DNA of 64,000 bases from Dicyema japonicum (lineage: Eukaryota; Animalia; Dicyemida), in NCBI GenBank assembly GCA_011109175.1, contig RDEW01000010.1:603837-667836 (forward strand), written 5' to 3'. The position numbers and the translations under genes were made by a program. The notes beneath the pieces were generated by a model. It had not been told where the DNA came from. It worked only from the letters and a program-made list of their open reading frames with translations, and searched no databases. Each line of letters begins with the position of its first letter. Position 1 is the first letter of the stretch. Shown piece after piece: positions 1 to 12,156 of the stretch.

Positions 1-1066
1 CCAAAATTCGTTGTATTTGAACCTTCCACAAATGAATCTACTACGAGCATCAAGAATTATTTTGTTCAAATGGTCGACGCCTCATCAATAGAACGGAATA
101 TGTTCAAGTCAAAGCAAAGTAGAGCCTGGTCAACTTGTTTTGAGTAGCCGTCCCAATTTGCTTTTTTGTAGTTGAAGAAAGAAACAGTTGTTTTTGGATG
201 ATAGAGAAATTTTTTGAATCGAATGATTATTGGATTATGATCGGAGGATAATCCGTAATGTACTGTCCATGAAATGTTGGGTCCAAAGTAGATGAACAGA
301 AAGTGATGTAGATGAAGTCACCTTCCTTGAATGGAGTTCTCGTATGCATAGTGGGGCTGTTGAGCATTGTCATGGAGGAGGGTTGGTTTATTAGGGATAG
401 TCCTCTTGAGTCAGTTGTTTGTGATTTCAACCAGGCAGGGAGCTTTGCATTAAAATCTCCACAAGTATTAGGTTTTCTAGGTTGTTTAGTCTGGATAAGT
501 CCAACAAGAATCCTTTCGGGCAAGAGGACGGACATATATGTTAGCAATTTTGAGAGTACTCGATCCGTTTGATATTGAAATTCCGGAGATTTCCGTGGTC
601 CCATCGTTAGTTAGCGACGTAAGTTCAGCGGATATGTCAGAATAACGGAGGTTCTTTCTGATGATGGTAAGAAGGCCTCCACCGAGGCGGTTCGGGCGAT
701 CTAGGCGGATGCAGTCGAAACCTGGAAAATGAGGAGTAGTCGCGGACTGAGTCAACTTGCTTTCTTGAAGCAGGATCACGTCAATGTTTTGGTTGTTTGT
801 GAAGGATCTTAATTCGAGAATTTTGCTCTTTATTCCGTTGATGTTAATCTGCAGAATTGAAAGTTGGGGACCTGGGTTGAGTTCGATGTCGCCAGAGAGT
901 AGTAGAAGGATCCCATTGATAGTTGATGGGAGAAGAGTTGAAGGAAGCCGTCCGAAAGAACCAACTTCGGATGGGGGTGAGCAAATGGTCCTTTTCCTAG
1001 GTGCATTAGGTGCACCCTGAGCGCCTTCAGAAACGTTATGACTGGTAGACCACATGACACCACGTT
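1..1066 (-). mobile_element. 5' part of an APE-type non-LTR retrotransposon (Ingi/L1Tc-like layout: short leader, 2A peptide, AP endonuclease), frameshifted
   Basis: ORF 486..1055 has LLLLSGDIELNPGP followed by APE motifs ILQININGI, DVILLQES, GGGLLT and IANIY. The next frame has CGDFNAK and DITFCSS-like motifs. Runs off the window start. Confidence 0.85.
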
Positions 1067-1189
1067 TAACGTTAGTACTTTATTGTAAAATAATCAGAAA
1101 TCTTTAATGTTTGAATTAATTAAAATAACTAGTAACCAACATTTAATAAATAATTTAAATTTTAAATTAATTTTATTAGTTTTTTTTAA

Positions 1190-1607
1190 ATGGGAAGAAG
1201 CTACGAGTGTCTTTATTGTGGGAAGAGGTTCAAAGACGTCTTAAGTAACCGTAAGAAGCACCTCAACTCAATTGTTCACAAAAGATTAAAAGATGAGTAC
1301 TATCAAATATACACAGGTACTTCAAAAAACTTATTTATAAATGAAGATCCATTTGGAGTATATGAAAGGGAAAAAAACAAGAAACCCTGCATTCATGCTA
1401 TTAAAGGGATATGTAAATATGGTCTACAATGCAACTATTCTCACGTGACTGGTGAACGAATGAGAAATTTGATTAAAATCAGTTTATGTGAATAATTATT
1501 ATATAGTTGGTGATGTGAGGCAAAATTATTTAACTGACTACCAAATATCTCTAAGAACTGTCGAAGACTGGGTTAGTCAAAACAAACAATGTTTAAATAG
1601 ACTTTGA
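1190..1607 (+). CDS. ZMAT5: Zinc finger matrin-type 5 / U11/U12 snRNP 20K protein; introns 1317-1346 (30 nt) and 1482-1506 (25 nt)
   Basis: MGRSYECLYCGKRFKDVLSNRKKHLNSIVH matrin finger plus CCCH finger KKPCIHAIKGICKYGLQCNYSH. The spliced ORF continues through ...TVEDW... to TGA at 1605-1607. Confidence 0.85.
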
Positions 1608-1699
1608 AATCACTTTTATTTTTTTAAATTTAAAGTTAAATTTTTATTTTCATTTTATAATTTCTACTCGCTGATTTTTAAATCTATGTCGTTTATTTA

Positions 1700-1885
1700 A
1701 GGACGAACCTACTTCACCCTACTAATCCACCTCTCTTCTGAAGCGGATACCTGTAATGTACTATTGGAGGATGGATCTGGTCGGCACAAGCAGACGTTCT
1801 CCTTTGGGTTCCTTCCTTGGATTTATTAGTTATGTCTGATTGAGCTGGATTCACCAAATATTGTAATCCTGGAGTTAATAAATAA
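1700..1885 (+). repeat. 3' part of short interspersed repeat family B
   Basis: ccacctctcttc..gaagcgga..cctgtaatg..tattgga.gatggat.tggtcggcac.agcaga matches 63050-63200 and the reverse complement of 54545-54700. Ends in gttaataaataaat. Confidence 0.75.
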
Positions 1886-1934
1886 ATCTGAGAATTTAGA
1901 CACCCAAAAGTGAGAAATTGAATGCAATACAAAA

Positions 1935-2200
1935 GATTAATTCTTCGCGACCAAATTGTGCCTGTATAAAATGCAATGAACAGCATCGCATTTGGGAATT
2001 TTTGTTTTAAAAATGCCATAACTAACGATATTTTCCGAAAATTACCATTGCATCATCAGTTACACATGATATTATATTTTCGAATGGTATATTATGATTA
2101 TTTAGATAGAGAGGCTGTATTTGGACAGGAAGACTTTTGGAAAGAGGACTTACCTCGATTTCATTTAAGTTTTCCAGTTCCTTAAAAGTTTGGAAAAACA
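1935..2200 (-). mobile_element. hAT (Buster/ZBED-like) transposase fragment
   Basis: IPFENIISCVTDDAMVIFGKYR..LKQKFPNA..HCILYRHNLVAKN matches the degenerate TDGA...HCxxH hAT catalytic region. Confidence 0.7.
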
Positions 2201-2269
2201 GTCGACTGTGTGTTTGCGAAGGTCGGGGATTCTGCGAGTAATAAAAACAAAAAAATAGCACTTGCCTAC

Positions 2270-3300
2270 AATCGCAGGATTTCTTGCCTCTAAATGTGCA
2301 ATTGCCGACAGGGAAAGCATGGATATTAAGTCCCTCAAGGACACTCAGAGGAAAAATTATTTATTAAATAAAATTTATTGCAGAACACTACACTCCATTA
2401 TGTTCAAATGTATTGATGAAACAAATGTCGACCTATATACTTTCTCAGAATGGTTATCCAAAGGAAATAACGGCCCACGGGGCGAAGCATTGTACTGTCT
2501 TTTGCAAGATAGGAATTTGTTTTTTGCACACAGGGTCATTATGCAACCATTGTAAAAAAAAGCAAGAAAATGTTGATCATTTGGCCACTAAGTGTGGTAT
2601 AATGCTAAATAGTGATTATCTCCGTAAACATAATGAAGTGGTAAAGTGCATCCATTTTCATCTTTGTCGAATTTATGGAATCGAAAGAAGCAGGAAATTG
2701 AAAGGAGATTTGGTTCAGTCAATATTGACGAATCAGAATGTCGAAATTAGAGTTGACACGTCGATTTTGACAGAAACAAACTTACAATACAATAAACCTG
2801 ATATTTTTGTGTATGAAAAAACAAAGAAGGAAGTAACTTTAATTAAAGTGGGGATTACCTCACAAGACCGACTAAAGCAAGCGGAATTTAAGAAACTTCA
2901 CAAATATGACTAGCTTACAAATGAACTTTCGCTGCTCTATGAATGCCAAGTGAAGATTATTCCAGTGGTTTTGACATGGGATGGAGTTGTCTCAATATGT
3001 TTCGAGAATCATATGGATAAATTATCTATTGAAGAATCAACGAGGACTTACATCCAATCGGTTGTGCTGAAGAGAACGCTCGAAAGTATGCTCATTTAAC
3101 ATAAGCATGGGATGAGGGTATACGATGAAGAGTCGCCTCTGTTACCTCCCAACTTGTAGAACTGCCATGTCGTAAGGACAGCCCACTTGACTCTAACGGA
3201 GATATTTTGACTGAATCTGATGTGGAGATAGGGAGCAACAGGGAGGTTATGGCACACTCTTCTTCTAAGAGAAGAAGAGGGATTACCAACAATCTGGATC
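2270..3300 (+). mobile_element. R4/Dong-like non-LTR retrotransposon 3' half (CCHC knuckle plus restriction-like endonuclease), decayed
   Basis: CNHCKKKQENVDHLATKC, YLRKHNEVVKCIH, NKPDIFVYEK..IKVGITSQD..KLHKYD. Contains stops and frameshifts. Confidence 0.8.
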
Positions 3301-3569
3301 AAAATCCGCTTAATTAGTTAATTTACTCGTTATTATTATTTAATTATTTTGTAATTACCAGTTTCAAATTCGTTGAAAATAGAAAATTACATTGTTACTT
3401 TTTGGATATAATTTAGGATTATATCTGCGCCACCAGATATGGTGAACCACATGACCCACGCTAACAACTGACGCTCCCTGGAGCCAAAAGAAAAAAGAGG
3501 AACAGAAGAATCAAAAAAATCTTCAATTTATGTAGCCACATAGCATCACACTAACTTTGGCACCACGTG

Positions 3570-4330
3570 GCATAGATGCCATTAAAACAGATTGATTGTC
3601 AAATAAAACTGATTCACATGTGGTACTGAAAATTTTTTTATTTATATATAATTGCTACATTTGGCTCTTAGATATCGAGCCTTCTGAATTTGAACTAATT
3701 GACCAATACATATGGAAAATTCTAGTCAACGAATTTATCAGAAACCTGGAAACAAAGAAATGCACTAATTTCCAAAAGACAATTCTGGAAGAAGATCGTT
3801 GTTCATTTGTAATAAAAGTATACGGATGCTTCTTCAATTTCTTTGAGAGCTGGAAAGCAGGGAGTCTAAGTGTTATTAATTCAAAGAAAACACAATCATA
3901 GAATTCCTCAACCGAAAGTATAAATAACTTGCTTTTATGAATTTGGATTGATCGAATAAGTTGCAACGGAAATTTTCCTGACGAACAAGAAGTGAGCACT
4001 TACACGTAACACTTTTGACTGTTCTGATGTGATAATTGTCAACATTGGAAAATCCTCCAGTGGTTATCAACAATACCATGGGTCTGAAGGAATTTTGTGT
4101 CTTATACAAGGCCGCAATTTATTCTTAAACCATGCTGGACAGAATAGCCAATGTAATTCTACTAAGAAAAGTGTGACCACTTGGCAACAAGATGTGGTCT
4201 TATGTTAAACAGCGACTACTTGGGAAGGTATAAAGAGGTGTTAAGTGCATACATCTCCACTTGTATCGTCAATAAGAAATTAGACAATCAGTCAGCTTCC
4301 GACTAAAGATTAGGCAGACGGACGGTGGAG
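3570..4330 (+). mobile_element. Second, more decayed copy of the R4-like element
   Basis: LLDIEPSEFELIDQYIWKILV thumb region. gaccacttggcaacaagatgtggt parallels gatcatttggccactaagtgtggt at about 2575. Confidence 0.55.
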
Positions 4331-5369
4331 CTAAAAGTGGATAATACAAAAATCCCTTTTAGCGAGCACCATAAAATTTTGGGAGTCACATTCGACATGC
4401 ATATATGTTATCACAGCATGTCGAAGACGTGACCTATCAAATGCGAAAAAAAGAAACATTCTGAAGAGCATCTCGGGAGTATGGAAAGCAGGAAGCCATC
4501 CAGTCTTGAACTCCATATACTAACAGTACGCCAAACCATGCATCTCATATCTCGTTAATCTCTTAAACAAATTGCATGAATATCGAAGCTAGCAAAAAAA
4601 GGGCTCCAAAATTACGAAAAGATGGACTTCTGGAAAGTCCTAGTCACTAATGACTTCGAATCTTTAATACGTAAGAAGCGACTACGAGAGTTATACGGCC
4701 GAGGCGCACTGAAAGGAGCAACATCATCACGCTGATCAATCATCTCGCGATAGGCATTGACAAGTCGAAGAAGAGAAACTACATATGTACGATCTGATTG
4801 CAAATTGGCATTAGAGCACTGTTAAACCGAAAAAACAAACTAAGTGATCCGACAAATTTAATCCAGTCTCTTAGCTTAGCTCAATTCTCCTCTCTCGATT
4901 TTACACAAGTTCATTGGGATCGGGTTTTCTCCTAATCACGTTTGATCAAGCCTCCTTCGTTATTCCTTTTAATTAAAATCTTTAAGGGTGTCGGCATCAT
5001 ATTCCTTTTTTTCCATAGACAACTTTTCTGTCATGTCAAAGCCGTGATTTTATAAGCATTGTACCAAGAGATTGAAGGCCCCCGTGAGGCACATGCATAA
5101 GAAATGCATGGATAATTTATTGCGAGTAAAGCGTTATTAGAGCGTGATGCTCTCACGAGATAAATTTTTCCTAAGAAAGAACTTAAAGGTAATAGGCTTT
5201 TCACAGAACCGGAATTTCTATAGTTTTGGTAATTATGGATCGATAGAAACGTTATTAAATATTTTGGACAGTCATTAACCTACAACAAACAACTATTATT
5301 ATTTAAAAAATTAAAAAAATATAATTATCAAGAACGATAATTGTTAATTGTACAACAATCCAAACACCT

Positions 5370-5530
5370 AAATTCCCTTGCGCCTGCGAGGCTGGAATTC
5401 TTGAGTCGTCTAGGAAATCGGATCGCTACACGATCAGGAGACCCTCGTAAGTGCTGCTGGTTATTTGAGCGAATCTCGCTCTCCATCCTTAGAGGGAATA
5501 CCACGCAGTCAAGGCAGCCGCTATTATGAC
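5370..5530 (+). mobile_element. 3' terminal fragment of a CRE-like RLE retroposon
   Basis: RLGNRIATRSGDPRKCCWLFERISLSILRGN matches the 3' end of 45330-48270. Confidence 0.8.
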
Positions 5531-6699
5531 CACCATTACTCTCTTTTTTTTCAACACCTAAATTATGTCGAAAAAAACCTAATTTTACAAAAATAAAATT
5601 AAGTAACCTTTTTTCCCTATGATTTTTCCGGACGCAGTGTAGTTGAAATGTCTTTCTATTTTCGATACTTATTCAGTTGATGACCGCCACTTTTCTGCAA
5701 CAAAATAAATACAGTAAAAACCTTTCAAATCGGCCGATTTGGGACCAGCCAAAAAATCGACTAAGTCGGAGAGGGTCATCCCGCTTAGGATCCCAGGTCG
5801 GCGCGTCTAACAATTGCCTCCTTTCTTTCAGAGTTAATCACCATCCCAGTTAAAGACAATACTCAAGATGCCTTGAATCCACAATGAGCCTCAAATCATG
5901 AGAAATACTTCTAAATACGAAACTGCTAACTGCATTTGGAAGTCTTTCGATACCTGATTATTCACTCTTATCATCCAGAGTCAAGATAACAAGCAAGATA
6001 AACGTGCAGAAGTAGACGAGATCACATTCAGGGAGTGCTACGTACGCTTTTAGCAGCGACAAGGTTCTTTTACCAACAAAAGAAACCCTCGAACAGGTCG
6101 TCCAAAACACCCACCCTCCAACAGTAGATCTGCTCGAGACGAAAATTGGGGTGGACATTCCACATTTGACAACCATCGCAAATGATATATGATCTACTAT
6201 TTCATCATTCTTAGGAAGAAGCATTACTGGCATAGACGACTTACGTCTTATCCATATCGTCTAACCTAACAACTCTCGATTCTTGATTCTCACACGACTC
6301 TTGATTCTCAACACGGCACTATTTTTCAACATGAATTTTCATCTCACACCTCATCTCATTTTTTCTACGAAAAGTCCTCTGTTTCACTGACATGGACCTC
6401 TAAGAATCCTAAACGAGAGATTACTAAATTCAGTATAAATTACTGCTTTGCTAATTGGGATTCCGCTCACGACTTGAACTCGTCCTTCCAGCTTTCCTAT
6501 CTTCGGACAATATTTTTACTGGTTTCATGAGACAGATCCTACCTCCACATTAACGGATCACAAGCTGAGCCAGTACCATGTGCCGCTCAGGATATTTGGA
6601 TACGTCCAAGTCTGAATTCTCGAAGGACGTTCATAAAACAATAATACTGGGATAAACTATTATGATCAAAAACTTTGATGAGATAAACTGGAACTTGAC

Positions 6700-7070
6700 T
6701 AGCATCGTCTAGCATTTCTAACTTCTGCATCGACAAACGAAAGTGATGCATGGCTCAGAACAACCTTCTTATCCACCTCCCTTGGGAGGCTATTGGTGAC
6801 GACGCTATAAGAATAGGAGGTTGTTGTCTACTTCAGAGTTTGCGTGGCTCACCGCTGTAGATGTGGAAGGATGGTCAGCTAGGGTCTTCACCCTCTCTCA
6901 TGCTGGAGGAGCGCTGGAAGGACTCCAAAACACAGAGCCATCAATTGAGTTATTTCTTGGAGACTGGAAGCGCCCATATTCCTGGTTCAGTGGAACTCTA
7001 GGACTGGTCCTAACCAACAAAAGGCCTGACGGAGCAACTCTCTTCCGATGGGAAATCGGTAGATACCTTA
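6700..7070 (+). mobile_element. CRE-like RLE fragment
   Basis: DAWL..., KRPDGATLFRWEIGRYL endonuclease motif; homologous to 40150-40450. Confidence 0.7.
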
Positions 7071-7479
7071 AAGAAATATTAATGTCTCGTTGAACAGTTC
7101 ATTTTTGAATAAGTATTTTGAAATTCTCGAAAGTTTGAGCAGCCAACCAGGTTTTAACGCGGACTCTGAAAGTCTCGACTGGTAAGAAATGTTGTTGCAG
7201 GCCCCATCTCAAATCAAACATTTCATCAGAGAGACGGGGAAGACAGTTACCCCATCGAGTGCTTTACATCTCCACGATCCAGGGCCACTGAATTTTTTGC
7301 GTGTGTTTTCGTAAATAATAAAAGCTGAAAAAACTGGATAAACAATTTATTTTAGAAGGAAAGAAAAATTTATGGTAATTAATCATAGGGATGAAGCCAA
7401 AACATAAAAAACTGTTCTTTACTTATTCCTTTCTTTTTATCTTCGTCAAGTCCGGTGAGCCACGCAAATTAGACAACAA

Positions 7480-7790
7480 CGCCGGGTGGCGCAGTGTGAC
7501 GGTTGCCGGGCTAGAGGCCTGAAGGTCGCTACTTCGAACCCCGATACTGTACATTTCGGTGAAGGATCCTCGCAACAATATTCTTTGGCTTGACGAGTGA
7601 CGCCGTCATCAGTGAACACTTACTTCACTGCGGAACCGGATCGTCAATGAATGACATACACGAAGAAAAAGAAAACAAAGAAGTGAAGAGCATTCCTTGG
7701 TTCTGCCTCTACGATTAGTTATAATAACTGTTCTTTACGTGTTCTGCCTAAGCGGAGCCATAGCTGATAGGGCTCTGCGGAAAGTGCGAC
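7480..7790 (+). mobile_element. tRNA-derived SINE family A, near-complete copy
   Basis: Head gccgggTGGCGCAGTGTG (A box) ... ACTTCGAACC (B box). Body is shared with copies at 10390-10688, 13010-13172, 39000-39260 and 52995-53205. Confidence 0.8.
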
Positions 7791-8056
7791 AGTGCATATT
7801 TTATGGCAATATTATATAAGTCCCTAATGATTTAGCATCTCTTTATCAAAGATGACGACATAACCGGTCAATCCAAGAAGCATCGTAGATGCATGGAACC
7901 TTCAACCATTATGGAAAACAGGGGAAATCGAAGCCAAAAGCATCTAGATTCTGACATCACATATTACACTGCGTCATCACCTAAAATACTATAAATTAAA
8001 ACAATAAATTATTAAAATTTAATAATGTTAAATCCAAACAGAACTTATACAAATAA

Positions 8057-9079
8057 TCATCGTAAGGATCCCCTAGCATCCTTAGCATCCATAACAGCCC
8101 CCTTGGGCGGATAGAACTCTTCCAACCTCATGATGTTCTCATAAATTTCAATCTGTTCGTCCAATGGAATGGTTTTCCGATATTCGTCCATCAAATCAAA
8201 CTCGGACCAGGGTTTCCTGTTCTTGTATTCCCTTTTTGCCATATTCTTCGTCATCTTTATCGGAGTTATTCCTTTAAGGTTGTAGATCTCCCAATGACGG
8301 GTCCACGGAGTCGGTTTTAGAGTCACTTTCAGTGGGTTTACAGGGATTGGAGCATCAGGAGAGAGGAAGACGGGTTTCATGTCCTCAGGGAAGTAACTGT
8401 GAGACAGATCAGTGTCCCTGAGGTATAGAAGATGACTGTCAAGCCTCTTTTCAAGTTTGATGACCTCCATGTGCTGAATACAGGGATTATACATTTCATA
8501 CATAATTTCAACACCTAGAAATTCCGAAACAAATCAACCGAGGTTATCGATAACGTTCCTGAGTCTGAAGCAGTGCCGGAGACCAAATCCAGTCCGCTGA
8601 ATGCAGATTCCCAAAAACCTAGTGGATTTGGTGGGACCTCCTTTATCAGCGACAGTGACCGCCATTACACTTCCTTAAGTTGTTACAAAACGGAGACCGA
8701 CGTAGAAAACAGGGATTTTAATGATCCCCCGTCTTATGATCATGTCCCGACGTTCGACTTCCTCGCAGACGGAGTCCCTGTGCTCGATATTATTAGTCGG
8801 CATAAATTCCACATAACCGTCTCTTTCTAGGTTTTATTCGACACTAAAAATTGTACAATTTGTTGTTAATCGATAAGAGTTCTTCTTGACTGTACTTTTT
8901 GGGAGAAGGGACCAAATGATAGGGTGTCGTTTTTCCAGCTATTTTTTCTATCCGAAAACTTTCTATTTGGTCACGTGTCAGGTACCACTTTGACCGAATC
9001 AACCTAGATTCAATTAGCGTACAAAAAACTTCTTTTCGAATAAATTGCATATAAGTCTTGACGAATTTCTAAACAACAT
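8057..9079 (-). CDS. MRPL19: Mitochondrial ribosomal protein L19 (bL19m), about 4 micro-introns
   Basis: Spliced reading gives ERRDMIIRRGIIKIPVFYVG|SVMAVTVAD...FLGICIQRTGFGLRHCFRLRNVIDNLG|VEIMYEMYNPCIQHMEVIKLEKRLDSHLLYLRD. The 5' exon structure is less certain. Confidence 0.9.
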
Positions 9080-10389
9080 CGTATATGTGTAAGCACGTTG
9101 AATAATTTAAATTAATACAATTTAATTATGATGTTTTCAATTTATTAATTAAAATAAAATTAAATACGAGCTCAGTAATTGAAACTCTTAAAAATTTTCA
9201 GGCCATGCAAGATCTGAAATAACCCTATCTTAAAAACTGAGTTATGTATTTTTTCCACATTCTCATTGTTGGGTCCATTTATTTCTTTGACAAATCGAAT
9301 CTAGCAGAAAGGTCAATTAAAATTATGGAGTGATAGATTTCTGGAACCAAAGATCGTCTCTGTTCAATTATAATTATTCGTTTACGCCAAATACGTCCTT
9401 GTGTGGGTTCTAAGAATGGTATCAGGCTTAGATGAGGTCTCATCAATAGCGTGTCGGGATCATACGAGTTATTAGTTTGGTCACATATGGTCTTTGAAAT
9501 TTTCATTTCCCCTCGAGACTTTAGCAAAGAGAACGGGTGCGAGGTTCATCTCACGTGAAACCTATCAGTAGTGCGAGTCTAAGGAGATGCGCGATATCCT
9601 GCTAAGAACACCAAGCAAAGATGAGGTGATTAGAAAGAGGTCGAGATCATTTAATAGCCGTGTTTCTCTAATTTAATTATGATTTTGGTTTTCTTTAAGT
9701 AAATAAAATAAATGAGCTGTATCCAATGAGAAAAGCTAGACAGCATGCGTATTTTTGGCAGCATCAACTTTATTATAACTAACTGAAACTTTATCCCTTA
9801 ATATTTTTCTGCAGGTGTCAGCGTGGAACAACACCTGCGATTCTACAAGTATCTAAAGGACCCCTTAGGTCGGCTAGCCTTTAAAAATATACCTTGTTGA
9901 TTATCTTTATATTCCGAGATATCTGTAACATGATAGTTCGCGGAATCTTGAAAGCCGGTATCACTAATTATTTTGTTTTTAGCAATTTTCTATTGTTTTA
10001 GAGTTAACTAGTCATAAATATAGAATGTGACTATTCCCTTATATTCCAAAGTTACTGTTTCATCCATAGCTCTTCTTTCAGAAAATCTTCCATAGACTGA
10101 AACGTGTTGACGTTGAGAGGTATTCAAATCAATTATTAAAACTGTTTCGTACTAAAGTTTCGACATCTCTATTCTGGCTCTGAATTGACCTCTATGTGGT
10201 TTTGGGGTGAACCGGTCACTGTCGACAATCCCGAAAACTTAATCCCCCAACATAACTTTTTGGTACCTCTAAGGTTAATAAAACTATGGAATAAACTCAA
10301 AGTAGTCTTTTTTTCTTATTTTATCTTCCCTACTACAATATCTCCACATCACCGTATAAAATGCTATTTAGAAAAAAACTGCAATTTTA

Positions 10390-10688
10390 AGCGGAGCCAT
10401 AATACCTATCGCTCCACCCAGACAGGACACACACTTTACTTTAAGTAAAGAACAGTTATGATAACTAATCTTAGAGGGACAAAAAGGGAATACTCTTCAC
10501 TTTCTGTTTGTTCATGCATAACCTTTATAGACGATCCGGTTCAGCAGTGAAATGTTCACTGATGATGGCGTCACTCGTCGAGCCAAAGCATCGTAGATGC
10601 GTGGAAATTTAACCGGAATATACAGCAGCGAGATTCGAACTAGTGGCTATAGGGACTTTTGTCCGGGATTCGTTACACTGCGCCTCCC
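10390..10688 (-). mobile_element. SINE family A copy
   Basis: Reverse complement has gggaggcgcagtgtaac, agttcgaatc and the conserved core tgacgcc.tcatcagtgaacatttcactg. Confidence 0.8.
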
Positions 10689-11019
10689 TATTTAGAAAGT
10701 AGAGAAAATATGACGGAATCAACAATTTCTGAAAATAACACATGTATATAAACTAAATTTAACATTTAACTTGGTGGGATGACAAAATTCCCTCTTGCTA
10801 ATATCAGTACAGTACCTGGTTTTTGGATGCTATGTCTGTCGATGCATGATCTTCGAAAATTTTCATCCATGTCATGCTTCTAAGCATGCCTTGGATCAGA
10901 AAAGAAGTAAGTACCGAAGCATTTTGGAGGATCATCTGTTTGTCCCATTTGCTGTTTAGAGGTCAAGAAGCCTTGGCTTACAAGCGGAAGATCTAGTCGT
11001 CGAATTGGCTTAGTGATCC

Positions 11020-11400
11020 AAAGTCACCAAGGATCTACACGAGAGCGTATCAACGGGGCTACGGTTCTACTCACAAGTTCTTCGAACGGAGTTGGTTTTA
11101 GTGGCGAGGAAAAAACCTTTGAAGTGCCCTAGTTACTATTTCTTGGAAGGAGTTTATTTTCTTTAGGTTGGTATAGGGTAAGTTAGTACCCCATGCCGCA
11201 CAGCAGTAGCCGATTGTTGTCGTATTATGCGTGTAAATATGATTTAATGTTGAGTGGAACAGCTTTTATAGTATCCAATTAGCGTTTTTAAAAAAATTTA
11301 GTTTTCGTTGGAAGAGGAGATGACTGCTTACGTGTTTGCTCAAGGTCATAAGGGGGTCGTATGTGATCCCCTCAATTTAATTATTTCTGATATAGACCGT
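11020..11400 (-). mobile_element. Decayed LINE RT C-terminal fragment (Jockey/I-like)
   Basis: Reverse strand reads like YLGVxF..L.F..H and ..IRxTIGYCCAAWG remnants. Confidence 0.4.
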
Positions 11401-11419
11401 TATTATTAAAAGTTAACAA

Positions 11420-11945
11420 TCTAATTAACATCGCCCATCTTTTCCGATCCGTAGCCATGTTCCGTAGCATATCTAGATCATCCCCATCTTTAAGGCACTT
11501 TCCAATCCTCCTGAGATCTTTCTAGGATTACCGGCATTTTGTCCTCGGCCGCCGGGAAACGGAACCCTATAAGACAAATACTCTTCATTGCTATGTTGGC
11601 AGGGTCCCCATTCTTGGCGGAGTATGTATCTTGAATCAGTAATGGCACATATATTGGTCAGTTTTTGTTCTCTGTATAAGATTTCGGACGGCATTTTGAA
11701 AAGGCTTCGGGAAGAAAGGAATGCTCGGGAATTATTTCTGTGAAAAGAATTCAACTTTTCAAGTTCCTGCCTGTACATACCCATGTACCGGCATTATATA
11801 ATAGATTGGTTTCATTAGGGCATTGTATAGTCTCATTCGAGTTTTAGGGTCAAGCCCTTTGTGCAGAAGCCGGGTCTCCTTTATTTTGTTGAAACGACAT
11901 AATTAGTGTTTCCTTCGTTGGTCGGTGTCACGAGAAGGGATCCTA
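11420..11945 (-). mobile_element. RTE 3' fragment
   Basis: LGSLL, YNALMKPxLLYNAGTWG, ELEKLNSFHR, FPGGRG; same family as 54945-56291. Confidence 0.7.
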
Positions 11946-12156
11946 GTTTTTTTTATCTACGCCAGTGATTCTCGTCCTTTCCTCACTTCTTTTTAGCGCT
12001 TGAATAATAATTTTTTAATTGAAATTAAAAAAATTTAAAAATGAAAATTATTTGTAGGAAATCGTTTTCAACGGAAGGAAGGAAACAACACAAAATGTAC
12101 GTTAAACGGAATGAAAATGGCCAAATATGTAAAGTAATAACGTAGTCGGTCATAAA

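Noticed and set aside
7480-7555. tRNA gene
   Set aside because: A and B boxes are present but there is no acceptor stem or cloverleaf, and it continues into a dispersed repeat body. It is a SINE head.
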